A stretch of DNA of 64,000 nt from Candidatus Marinacidobacterales bacterium (GCA_965224085.1 CBDCYI010000011.1:480001-544000), one strand, 5' to 3'; shown: positions 1-8,772, counted from the first letter of the stretch. Notes: generated from the letters alone by a model not told the origin. Made by a program: numbers and translations.

Positions 1-125
1 GCGAAGGTGACGTAGCAGAGCCTCACCCACTGGGAGCGCTTCGAGGTTTGAACGGTTTTTTCAGTGGCCGCCTCCTCCGGGTGGCCTTTCCGCCGCGCCG
101 CGTCACGAAGGTTTGAATCCGCCAT
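1..125 (-). CDS. N-terminus of a gene running off the window edge (MADSNLRDAARRKGHPEEAATEKTVQTSKRSQWVRLCYVTF...)
   Basis: ATG at 125 on the minus strand with an open frame to position 1; divergent from the 247 gene. Confidence 0.45.
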   Translation of the reverse strand, partial: MADSNLRDAARRKGHPEEAATEKTVQTSKRSQWVRLCYVTF

Positions 126-246
126 AGCAGACTCGCCGCGTACCGACCCAGTTTCCGGGCGCCGCCGGTTGGGTTAGACTACGCCCCTCCGAGTCCGCTC
201 GCGCCGGGTTGGGCCGGAACACGAAATTTTACGAAGGAGGTGAGGG

Positions 247-642
247 TTGGGCAAGTACATGGGTTGGACTCGAATCTATCTCGTCGTCTTGACCGTACTG
301 GTCGTACTGCGCTTCGTGTTGGAAGCGGCCGGAGTGGACAGCGGTGTAACGTCCGAGCTGAGCGTCACTCGGCTCTACCTCGTCCTCCCGGTTTTTCTAG
401 GCATTCGCTTTGCAACCGAGAAGCTCGGCGGAATCAAGGAGATGGTCTTTGCGAACTTCACGTATTTTGCGTGGGGGACGGTGCTCGTGAACCTCGCAGC
501 CGGTCTCGAAACGGTCTTCGATCTGGGTACACATTACATTTTCACGGGTCTCGTGGCGTTTCCCGTGGTTCTCGTTGTGGGTACGCTCATCCTGTCGATC
601 GTTTGCTGGATTTCTACCTTAGTGAATCGCAAGCTCGCCTAG
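247..642 (+). CDS. Small integral membrane protein (about 4 TM segments), unknown function
   Basis: AAGGAGG ribosome-binding site before the TTG start; four hydrophobic stretches. Confidence 0.8.
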   Translation: MGKYMGWTRIYLVVLTVLVVLRFVLEAAGVDSGVTSELSVTRLYLVLPVFLGIRFATEKLGGIKEMVFANFTYFAWGTVLVNLAAGLETVFDLGTHYIFTGLVAFPVVLVVGTLILSIVCWISTLVNRKLA

Positions 643-949
643 ATTTCTGCGATGAAGGACAAATACTCTAAGGCGGGGGAGCGCGCTCGAGAGGGCAATG
701 TCAAGTTTTGCTTCAAGGCCGATTCGATCCCGAGATAGGGTTGGACGGCGCTACCTCGAGCCCCACGATATTGCGGCGTGATTTACCAGCAGCTCACGGG
801 ATATCGGAAACAGTGCGATGAGGCTTTGGCCGAGGGTAAGTGCTGTCCGGTCATCTGACCGTCGCCTGCTCCAGCGAGTCGGAGCCGCAGAAGAACGGAC
901 TTTTGGAATTGACCCCGTACGCGGTACAGGTTGTATATTGGGATACGGA

Positions 950-1212
950 GGAGCTCCGGCCCCAAATGATGATCTCGATAATCTGCCCATTCGCGGTTGA
1001 CACCGCCACCTTTGAAAATAGTGACCTCTGTTTCGTAGAACGTGCCGAGCTTGTCGAGGTCCTTCGCATTCAGCGCCTCGTCATACGATGCCGAGAAGTC
1101 TGCGAATATCGTGGCGTCAGACCCATCCTGACCCGCGAGACCGAGCGTCCAGGCCGAAGTAAAAGAGCGCCACGGGCAGCCACAAAACTGAGACTCTGCT
1201 CGTTCTTATCAT
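950..1212 (-). pseudogene. Remnant of a secreted SnoaL/NTF2-like (DUF4440-type) protein
   Basis: Frame reads YDEALNAKDLDKLGTFYETEVTIFKGGGVNREWADYRDHHLGPEL; the signal-peptide part is in another frame and the C-terminal part is lost. Confidence 0.55.
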
Positions 1213-1251
1213 CAGCCTTGCCTCCAAATCACCCGAACGCACGACATCGAG

Positions 1252-1692
1252 CTAGTGCTCATGGCCGCCTGATGGATGCTCGTGCGTGATATTCCATTGC
1301 ACACCGCTCGAGTCAACGCCATCGACCACGCCTTCTCCGTTGTGCCAACCGAGGCCGCATCCAGGGCAGACCGCTTCGCCCTCTTGAATGTTATTGAAAC
1401 ACTCGCAGCTGCCCTCGTGCAGAGCACACCAACTGCAGGAAGGCTGCACGCAGCAGTTGTACTCGCCCTTTTCGTTGAGCTCCGTTTTCACCTCTTCGAG
1501 GGTCAACTTCAGCCCGTCGAGCCGTTCCGCCGTCGACAGCAGAACAGCTGGCGGTGGCGACTCAGCAGGCTCACTAACCGCCGGCTCTGGAGACTGAGAC
1601 TGAGACTGAGATTGAGACTGAGATTCACACGCCACAAAGGACGCCCCCAACACGGAAACGAATCCGACCAAGGCAAACTTGTTGATAATCAC
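1252..1692 (-). CDS. Cys/His-rich putative lipoprotein, probably metal-binding
   Basis: GGAGG RBS before GTG at 1692; lipobox-like FVAC; CC-x4-C-x2-C-x6-C-x-C...C-x2-C cluster; C-terminal THEHPSGGHEH. Confidence 0.75.
   Translation of the reverse strand: MIINKFALVGFVSVLGASFVACESQSQSQSQSQSPEPAVSEPAESPPPAVLLSTAERLDGLKLTLEEVKTELNEKGEYNCCVQPSCSWCALHEGSCECFNNIQEGEAVCPGCGLGWHNGEGVVDGVDSSGVQWNITHEHPSGGHEH
1590..1625. repeat. In-frame hexanucleotide tandem repeat (GAGACT/GAGATT x6) encoding an (SQ)n linker
   Basis: Directly visible tandem units. Confidence 0.9.
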
Positions 1693-1982
1693 ATTCCACC
1701 TCCCTTCAGGCTCTTCGGCCAAGGCGTACGAAAAGATCGGCCGAACCTCAGCTTTCGAGAGCGAATCCATACACGTCCCGGCGACCCGTTGTCAAATTCC
1801 CCACAGGCTCGCTCCCGCCAGGTACCGTCGCCATCCCGGCGTTGTGCACCGCCTACAGTTCAATATCTATATTTCGTTTAGGAACCATCTCGGTGACATC
1901 TGGGCATGGACGTCGGGACGCACGCGAGCGATTGACTTCGCCGCACGGGTGAGTCGAGTGCGAGCCCCGTTTCGCGCTCGCG

Positions 1983-2270
1983 TCAGTTCGAGCTCGCATT
2001 GTAGCGCAGCTCTTGGCCAACGGCTTTGGCGGGGTCGAAGCCCGGCTTCGGCCGGAACTTCTGCACGCGGCCGCTGAACACTTCGGCAACATACAGGGTG
2101 CCATCTTGGTCGACCGTCAGCGCGTGCGGGCCACCGAACTGGCCAGGGTAGCGTCCCGGGCCGCCCCATCCGTACAGGTAGTTCCCGTCAAGATCGTATT
2201 TGAGGATTCTGCGCGTTGCGCCATCCGACACCCATAAGCTCTGGTCTGCCGTGATCAAGTGGGAGTACGG
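1983..2270 (-). pseudogene. C-terminal fragment of an NHL-repeat beta-propeller protein
   Basis: LWVSDGATRRILKYDLDGNYLYGWG...PHALTVDQDGTLYVAEVFSGRVQKF; N-terminus missing. Confidence 0.75.
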
Positions 2271-2399
2271 CCGTGACACGACGGTGCCTAGAGCCTAATC
2301 CGTGGCTGGGCCCTCAGGGCCGGTCGAGAACATGTCGAGGAACTCGTCTTTCTCGTCGAAGATCTGGATACGTCCGTGCCGCGACCGCCGAGGTCGATC

Positions 2400-2887
2400 G
2401 GTATCCCTACGCATGGTTAGATATGGTGCGACCGGGGAACTGTCTCGTCGGACTAGAACCTGAACGGCAGAAAAACATGCACATCCGGCCCGTCATGTCC
2501 TTCAAGACTCGTGTTGTCTACGTCAAGACCCTGCAGGCGGGGGATGCCCTTTCCTATCATCGAACGTACCAGATCAACAAGGAAACTCGCATCGCGACGC
2601 TCCCGTGCGGCTACTCCGACGGCTATCCGCCCACGGTCACCAACATGGCGGACGTCCTCATCCGCGGCCGGCGTCATCGCGTCGTAGCGCCGATTACCGC
2701 GAATCACATGATGGTCGACGTCACCAGCTCTCCGGACGTTGCCATCGGCGATGAAGTCGTTTTGTGGGGACAACAGGGTGAGGAGAGGATTACCAAAGTG
2801 GAGCTGGAACTGCTTGCCCCGCGAGCGACCAACGCCTACCGGATGGCGACGCGCACGCGCACGTACTTGCCGAGGATACCGGTCTAG
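2400..2887 (+). pseudogene. alr: C-terminal domain fragment of alanine racemase
   Basis: DMVRPG...PVMSFKTRV...SYHRTY...IATLPCGYSDGYP...GDEVVLWGQQG; the PLP-binding barrel is missing. Confidence 0.75.
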
Positions 2888-3114
2888 TCGCAAGCGACAA
2901 AAGTCTCTTCCGGATGAGGTTTTGCTGGACCTCGCCCATCGCCACGACCGCGTACCGCGTCCGGACGGAGCTCGTCTCACCGAAGCGAAGCGGTGCGCCT
3001 CGAAAAACTTGTGCAGCGGAGGGAGGTTACGCCTCCAACGATCGTCTTAAATAGACGATGGCGGCGTTCAGGAGCTCGTTTCCCGTCACTCGTTCTCGTT
3101 TGCGCTCAAATGGC

Positions 3115-3137
3115 AATGCTGTATATAATACAGCATT
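3115..3137 (+). promoter_or_regulatory. TA promoter -10 box (TATAAT 3124-3129) inside a perfect 10-bp inverted repeat; likely antitoxin operator
   Basis: AATGCTGTAT-ATA-ATACAGCATT; TTGCGC at 3100-3105 is a candidate -35. Confidence 0.7.
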
Positions 3138-3153
3138 CAGGGAGCGCATCCAA

Positions 3154-3381
3154 ATGCCCGTGCGTTTAAACATTACGATGGATGCAGACTTGTACAAGCA
3201 ACTCAAGAGACGGCTTCCACCCAAGAAGATAAGCGCGTTCATCAACGATGCTGTTCGCGCACACCTTTATCCCGACACGCGAGCGCTCGACGCGGCGTAC
3301 AAAGCGGCAAGCGCCGAGCCCTGGCGGCGCCAATTTGCCGAGGAGTGGGAGATGACTGACGTCGAAGATTGGCCAGAGTGA
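3154..3381 (+). CDS. Ribbon-helix-helix antitoxin partner of a MazF/PemK toxin
   Basis: MPVRLNITMDADLY...ISAFINDAVRA RHH pattern; acidic tail; GTGA overlap with the toxin. Confidence 0.8.
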   Translation: MPVRLNITMDADLYKQLKRRLPPKKISAFINDAVRAHLYPDTRALDAAYKAASAEPWRRQFAEEWEMTDVEDWPE

Positions 3382-3716
3382 AGGCCGTACCGCGCCGCGG
3401 TGATGTGTACTGGGTGGCCCTTGACCCTACCCTAGGTACCGAAATTCAGAAGACGCGACCTGCTGTTGTGGTATCCAACGATTCGTGTAATGCGTACGGA
3501 TTCCGGGTGGTCGTATTGCCGGTGACAGGCAACGTTGACACAATCTACCCTGGCGAGGCCCTGGTCAAGATCCGCGGGAAACCCGCTCGCGCCCTCGGTG
3601 ACCAGGTCAGGTCCGTGGACAAGAAACGGCTCAGGACCCGCATCGGTAGACTAAACCAGACACAACTGCACGACATCGACAAGGCGTTGCGCATCACGCT
3701 GAGCCTCGCGCCGTAA
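3378..3716 (+). CDS. mazF: PemK/MazF family endoribonuclease toxin
   Basis: RRGDVYWVALDPTLGTEIQKTRPAVVVSND...DQVRSVDKKRL. Confidence 0.92.
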   Translation: MKAVPRRGDVYWVALDPTLGTEIQKTRPAVVVSNDSCNAYGFRVVVLPVTGNVDTIYPGEALVKIRGKPARALGDQVRSVDKKRLRTRIGRLNQTQLHDIDKALRITLSLAP

Positions 3717-3803
3717 CGATTGGCCGAGCGTTCTGTTGAGGGGGGTCGCTCGATTCGGTTGGAATGTCAAGTGACGTCAGTACTTTGCCTCCGAGCTGAC
3801 AAC

Positions 3804-3873
3804 TGGCACCGGGACAAGGAATCGAACCCTGCTGCTTGGGCTTTGGAGACCCTGCCGTCCCAGAACTCCCGGC
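3804..3873 (-). tRNA. tRNA-Trp(CCA) with an abnormally short D-arm
   Basis: Acceptor stem GCCGGGA/TCCCGGT, G73, encoded CCA; T-arm CAGGG-TTCGATT-CCTTG; anticodon loop CTCCAAA; 70 nt. Confidence 0.65.
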
Positions 3874-3886
3874 ACGTAATATGTCA

Positions 3887-3916
3887 TGGAGGCCTCAGAC
3901 ACCGAACTACTCCCTG
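3887..3916 (-). pseudogene. Chimeric tRNA relic: Pro-like 5' end (CAGGGAGTAGTTCGG) joined to a Cys-like 3' end (GAGGCCTCCA)
   Basis: Only tRNA termini remain; the identities are guesses from end sequences. Confidence 0.4.
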
Positions 3917-3921
3917 ACGAT

Positions 3922-3957
3922 TGGCTACGCCCGGGAGGATTCGAACCTCCATCGCGC
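3922..3957 (-). pseudogene. 3' half of a tRNA (possibly Gln)
   Basis: GGAGG-TTCGAAT-CCTCC T-arm followed by CGGGCGTAGCCA; the 5' half is deleted and it abuts the next tRNA's CCA. Confidence 0.65.
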
Positions 3958-4034
3958 TGGTAGCTCCGGGGAGATTCGAACTCCCACTGGACGGAATCTC
4001 GGTCCGTTGCCTCTGCCAGTTGGGCTACGGAGCT
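3958..4034 (-). tRNA. tRNA-Leu(GAG) with a short variable loop and C at position 33
   Basis: AGCTCCG/CGGAGCT acceptor stem, A73, CCA; anticodon arm ACGGA-CCGAGAT-TCCGT; variable loop CCAGT; GGGAG-TTCGAAT-CTCCC. Confidence 0.75.
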
Positions 4035-4044
4035 ACGTACTACT

Positions 4045-4120
4045 TGGAGCGACCGGCGGGAATCGAACCCGCACCCTAAGCTTGGAAGGCTCACATGCTG
4101 CCGTTGAACACCACGGTCGC
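4045..4120 (-). tRNA. tRNA-Gly(TCC)
   Basis: GCGACCG/CGGTCGC acceptor stem, U73, CCA; anticodon loop CTTCCAA; GCGGG-TTCGATT-CCCGC. Confidence 0.92.
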
Positions 4121-4126
4121 TCGATT

Positions 4127-4138
4127 TGGTGCTCCGGG
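4127..4138 (-). pseudogene. 3' stub of a further tRNA (CCCGGAGCACCA), truncated near the IS256 end
   Basis: Acceptor 3' strand plus CCA at array-like spacing upstream of tRNA-Gly. Confidence 0.45.
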
Positions 4139-4182
4139 TTATCGAGGTCTTTAATGAGAATGACGAGTTGGTAAAGGGGATG

Positions 4183-6075
4183 GTCGAGTAGCTCAGCCAT
4201 TCGGCTTTCGCCCTCACAGATCCGAGCGTGCGGCTTTCCCGCACTCGGCTCCTCCTGAAGGTATACCCGAAATCAGACAAGGCAAGGTAGTCGGGACGGA
4301 GTGAGGTGAGGGACTGGTAGGGGAAAGCGCTCCAACAACAAGTGAAAACGAGGCCAGGTCATTCGGCGCTGACTCCGCCGACGAAGGCTTCGAAACCACA
4401 ACCGTGTCACCTCCTCAGAAAAGGATTGGAGAGAGCGGATGTTGCTGGGAAGTCCGTAGTACGCGTAGTGACCGCGCAGCACCTGGCAAAGCCAGCGATG
4501 CTGGACGGCGACTGGAGCATGCATACGTTGCTTCGCGCGAAGCCGTAGCGACTTGAGTTTGGCTCGTAGCCGCTGGCTCTGCGTTTTGCGCTTCACGACG
4601 AAACGGCCATCGCGGGTTCTCCCACAATAATGAGTGAAACCCAGGAAAGCGAACGTCGCACACCGCCGAAGGCCCCGTTGCTCGCGTGACAAGGAAGGTA
4701 ATCTCCCGAACTCGAGCAAACGGGTCTTGTTCTCGTGGAGCGCAAGCCCGAATCGGGCTAGTCGCTCCTTGAGCGCTCTCATCATCCTGCTGGCATCGGT
4801 CCGATGCTGGAAGCCCATGACGAAGTCGTCAGCGTATCGCACGATGGAAATACGGCCTTGTGCTTCGAGCCGGCGCCATCGATGAACCCACAGATCTAGA
4901 ACGTAGTGCAGAAAGACGTTAGCCAAGAGCGGGCTCACACCTGCCCCTTGCGGTGTCCCTTCAGTTGTCTCGCTCCACTCTCCTTTCTCCAGTACGCCGG
5001 CTCGCAACCACTGACGGATGAGTCGAAGGATGCGTTTGTCGGCGACCCGGTGCGAAAGCATCCGCATCAACCACTCGTGGTCCACCGAGTCGAAGAACTT
5101 GCGGATGTCCGCGTCGAGAACCCAGTTCACGCGTTGCGTCATGAGCGCGGTGTGGAGCGCGTGCAACGCTTGGTGCGGGCTCCGTCCGGGCCGAAACCCG
5201 TACGAGAACCCGATGAAATCGACTTCGTAGACGGCGCTCAAAACCTCGGCTACCGCTCCTTGGACAATCTTGTCTTCCAGTGCGGGGATGCCAAGAGGGC
5301 GCTTTCCGCCATCCGACTTAGGAATGTACACGCGCCGCACCGGTAGTGGTCGGTAGCGACCGGCGTGTACCCGCGAGCAAAGATCCTTGATGTTGCTCAC
5401 GAAGTTCTTCTCGTAATCGGCGACAGTCTCTCCGTCGACACCAGCGCTTGCGCTGCGCTTCAACCGACGAAACGCTCGATAGAGCGCTTCGTGATCCACG
5501 TGATGCAGCAACGCAGTGAACCGAGCCTTTCTATCTCGCTTCGCTGCTTCGTTCACCCGCGTGAGATTTGGCGGTAAGGCGACCCGGCGCTGTGTCCGGA
5601 CCTTAGCCCTCTCCCGTGGGTTCCCTCCAGGCCGATCCCTTCCCTCCACCATCTCGTTGCCTTCGATAGCTTCCTCAGTACTATGAATCGGTCCGACTTC
5701 CGGCCTCAGCTCAGCACCGCGCTTCGGTTTTCCCTTGCGCGACGCCCCCATCGGTGACCATTCCGATGGACCCGGCCGGACCTCCTGGGTCCCGAAAGGA
5801 ACTCTTCGTACGTGATGTGGTCCACGACCCCGGCGGAGCGTAACCATCTCGCGATAGCGATGGCCCACATGCTGCCTTCATTGACGGGAATCAACTCGGC
5901 CTTCCGCGATATTCAGCATTTCGAGGCTACATTCACACACCCTGCACGACCCCTGTCTACGCTTCGGACCCCGCGTTGCCACGACGCCCGCAAGACTCGG
6001 TCCCGACCTGTCCGCTACGACTTTTGGTCGGATTGGACTTCCACCCATAGGCTCCTTTCAGTTAGCCCAGCGCAC
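4183..6075 (-). mobile_element. Full-length group II intron (IIB-like), 1893 nt
   Basis: 5' GTGCG at 6075; domain V GAGCCGAGTGCGGGAAAGCCGCACGCTCGGATC; domain VI ending CTACTCGAC at 4183; EBS1 TCCCGT (5884-5889) in a hairpin; RT ORF inside. Confidence 0.92.
4273..5652 (-). CDS. ltrA: Group II intron reverse transcriptase/maturase, no endonuclease domain
   Basis: RPLGIP, SYGFRPGRS, DADIRKFFD, GTPQG, RYADD, FLGFTH, maturase LRGHYAYY; start codon uncertain. Confidence 0.93.
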   Translation of the reverse strand: MVEGRDRPGGNPRERAKVRTQRRVALPPNLTRVNEAAKRDRKARFTALLHHVDHEALYRAFRRLKRSASAGVDGETVADYEKNFVSNIKDLCSRVHAGRYRPLPVRRVYIPKSDGGKRPLGIPALEDKIVQGAVAEVLSAVYEVDFIGFSYGFRPGRSPHQALHALHTALMTQRVNWVLDADIRKFFDSVDHEWLMRMLSHRVADKRILRLIRQWLRAGVLEKGEWSETTEGTPQGAGVSPLLANVFLHYVLDLWVHRWRRLEAQGRISIVRYADDFVMGFQHRTDASRMMRALKERLARFGLALHENKTRLLEFGRLPSLSREQRGLRRCATFAFLGFTHYCGRTRDGRFVVKRKTQSQRLRAKLKSLRLRAKQRMHAPVAVQHRWLCQVLRGHYAYYGLPSNIRSLQSFSEEVTRLWFRSLRRRSQRRMTWPRFHLLLERFPLPVPHLTPSRLPCLV

Positions 6076-6174
6076 TCCCGCCGGATGTTGAATTTGGGGT
6101 AGCGGCGGCTCCTTGGCCGGCCTAAGAATAGGTCTGCCAAACAACCGTCTCCAGAGGGGGACAAGGAGCCACCA

Positions 6175-6543
6175 ATGCCTAGGAAATCAAAGAAGCCAGT
6201 AAGAAAGCAAACGCACTCGCCTACGGGCAAGGTAGTTGGCCAAGCCGGTCAGATACTGCTACCGATGATAGCTGGGATCGCGGCCACGAAGGCGGATCTG
6301 ACGGAATGGGTGTACGAGCAAGGACTGACAGCTCTGCACCTACTGCTCAGAGAGGACGCCGAGGAGGTCGCGGGGCTCAAGGGCAAGCACGAGAAGGAGC
6401 GAACTCATAACCACTGGGGGAGCACGAACGGAGAGCTGAGCTTCGGTGGTCGTCGCATCCAAGTGTCGCGACCTCGAGTGCGTTCGAAGTCTGGTGAGGA
6501 GGCGTCGCTTCCACACTTCGAAGCCTTCCGCGAAGAAGACCCG
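6175..6543 (+). pseudogene. N-terminal 123 codons of an IS256-family transposase, fused in frame to the truncated intron RT
   Basis: EEVAGLKGKH...HWGSTNGELSFGGRRIQVSRPRVRSKSGEEASLPHFEAF; DDE core absent; AAGGAG RBS. Confidence 0.8.
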
Positions 6544-7611
6544 GCCGAGGTTTTGAGCGCCGTCTACGAAGTCGATTTCATCGGGTTCTCGTACGGGTTT
6601 CGGCCCGGACGGAGCCCGCACCAAGCGTTGCACGCGCTCCACACCGCGCTCATGACGCAACGCGTGAACTGGGTTCTCGACGCGGACATCCGCAAGTTCT
6701 TCGACTCGGTGGACCACGAGTGGTTGATGCGGATGCTTTCGCACCGGGTCGCCGACAAACGCATCCTTCGACTCATCCGTCAGTGGTTGCGAGCCGGCGT
6801 ACTGGAGAAAGGAGAGTGGAGCGAGACAACTGAAGGGACACCGCAAGGGGCAGGTGTGAGCCCGCTCTTGGCTAACGTCTTTCTGCACTACGTTCTAGAT
6901 CTGTGGGTTCATCGATGGCGCCGGCTCGAAGCACAAGGCCGTATTTCCATCGTGCGATACGCTGACGACTTCGTCATGGGCTTCCAGCATCGGACCGATG
7001 CCAGCAGGATGATGAGAGCGCTCAAGGAGCGACTAGCCCGATTCGGGCTTGCGCTCCACGAGAACAAGACCCGTTTGCTCGAGTTCGGGAGATTACCTTC
7101 CTTGTCACGCGAGCAACGGGGCCTTCGGCGGTGTGCGACGTTCGCTTTCCTGGGTTTCACTCATTATTGTGGGAGAACCCGCGATGGCCGTTTCGTCGTG
7201 AAGCGCAAAACGCAGAGCCAGCGGCTACGAGCCAAACTCAAGTCGCTACGGCTTCGCGCGAATCAACGTATGCATGCTCCAGTCGCCGTCCAGCATCGCT
7301 GGCTTTGCCAGGTGCTGCGCGGTCACTACGCGTACTACGGACTTCCCAGCAACATCCGCTCTCTCCAATCCTTTTCTGAGGAGGTGACACGGTTGTGGTT
7401 TCGAAGCCTTCGTCGGCGGAGTCAGCGCCGAATGACCTGGCCTCGTTTTCACTTGTTGTTGGAGCGCTTTCCCCTACCAGTCCCTCACCTCACTCCGTCC
7501 CGACTACCTTGCCTTGTCTGATTTCGGGTATACCTTCAGGAGGAGCCGAGTGCGGGAAAGCCGCACGCTCGGATCTGTGAGGGCGAAAGCCGAATGGCTG
7601 AGCTACTCGAC
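6544..7611 (+). mobile_element. 5'-truncated second copy of the group II intron (RT C-terminal part, domains V-VI)
   Basis: 6544-7618 is the reverse complement of 4176-5250 (1075 bp) with at least one substitution (RAKQ vs RANQ). Confidence 0.92.
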
Positions 7612-7699
7612 CATCCCCCCCCACCTTCCGCACCCGATCAATGCTATTCTCAATTTATCTTTCATCCGCGACTACAGTTGCTAGTGCTAGCCGCCCACA

Positions 7700-8772
7700 C
7701 TCAGGCTGCGATCCATCGCGGCGCCGTCGAACGCGCTTACGGTGGGGCGAATCACGCGGGAAATCCCTTCAAGTGCCAGCGCCTGCTCGAAGACTCGGTC
7801 GAGAGATTCAGATGCTTTTTCACATCGAACTGCTCGGTCAGCTCGACGACGACGGACAAGTAGTGAGGGTGCAGATCGACTTTCTCGAGAAGACCCGCCT
7901 GTCCGAATAAAGGGTAGACGTTGACGGAATGCTCGATCGTATGGAACCCGTGGTCGGAGACGACGACGAACGTCGTTTTGTTCGCGATCCCTGCGTTCGC
8001 TCGCGCGGCGAATCAGTCCGACGTTGTAGTCCGCTGCGGTAAAGGCGGCCTTCGCGAGATAGTGATCCGGCCCATATTCGTGTTGATAGCGGTCCATCGC
8101 CGGCAAGCGGATCGCGAGCAACTGAGGTTTGTATTTCTCGATGACGTGAACTGCAGCCCGCGTCAAGATTCGATCCGACGTGACCTGTAGCGGAAGGTCG
8201 TCGTACCAATCAAAGAAGAGGTCGATGGGCACTTCGCTCTCGCGAAGCTCCTCGAGAAAGACGGGGTCCGCGGCACGGATGTCCGCTTTCATTTCCCCGG
8301 TGAGCACGAAGGGAATGCTGTGGCCCACGGCCGGATCATCTCGATTCTCCGGCCAGAAGAAGGAGGCGGTGCGGTACCCCTTGCGCTTCGCTGCGTCGAA
8401 AAGGGTGGGCACCTTCACAGACTCGGAGCGTGGTTTGTTCGTGATCTGAAAATACTCTCCGGTCACACGGTTGCGCATGCGGTCGTCGATGACTCCGTGA
8501 ACGCGCGGGGGAACTCCGGTCGGAATCGAAGTATGCGCGGGATGATGCGTGCTGGGAAAAACGGCGTGACTGCTCTTGGCCCACGCGCCGGCTCGCGCGA
8601 CCGCCCTCAGGTTGGGTAGCTCGAGCTCATCGTCTTCCAGGCGGGAGGCTGTGAATCCGTCCAGGGAAATCAAAACGACATACGCATCCTCGGAGGATTG
8701 CGGCGGCTCGGCTTCGCTAGGAATCGAGATGACAAAAGCCAAGGTGGCGAACACTGAAATTGGACGGCGCAT
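7700..8772 (-). pseudogene. Alkaline phosphatase/nucleotide pyrophosphatase family protein, frameshifted and truncated
   Basis: VVLISLDGF, FPSTHHPAHTSIPTGVPPRVHGV, DRYQHEYGP; frameshift near 7990, with the VVSDHGF motif in another frame. Confidence 0.8.

Larger units (their letters stand above)
4176..7618 (+). mobile_element. IS256-family element, defective, with group II introns in both terminal inverted repeats
   Basis: Left IR reconstitutes as GGGGATG^TCCCGCCGGATGTTGAATTT once the intron is removed; the right end is ^CATCCCC (7612-7618); IS256-type transposase N-terminus at 6175; no target duplication seen. Confidence 0.75.

Noticed and set aside
3119-3133. CTGT...ACAG resembling a proteobacterial LexA box
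   Set aside because: The spacer is 7 nt, not 8, and the site is the core of a longer palindrome better explained as the antitoxin operator.
4182-4205. GGTCGAGTAGCTCAG on the plus strand looks like a tRNA 5' end
   Set aside because: It is the reverse complement of intron domain VI; no anticodon arm or T-arm follows.
4176-7618. RT plus a long repeat pair as a DGR or retron
   Set aside because: The RT has group II intron features and lies inside a complete ribozyme; the repeat is inverted, nearly identical and shows no adenine-specific variation.
4168-7626. Target-site duplication around the IS256 element
   Set aside because: Left flank TTGGTAAA and right flank CCCCACCT do not match, so the two ends may come from different copies or a later rearrangement.
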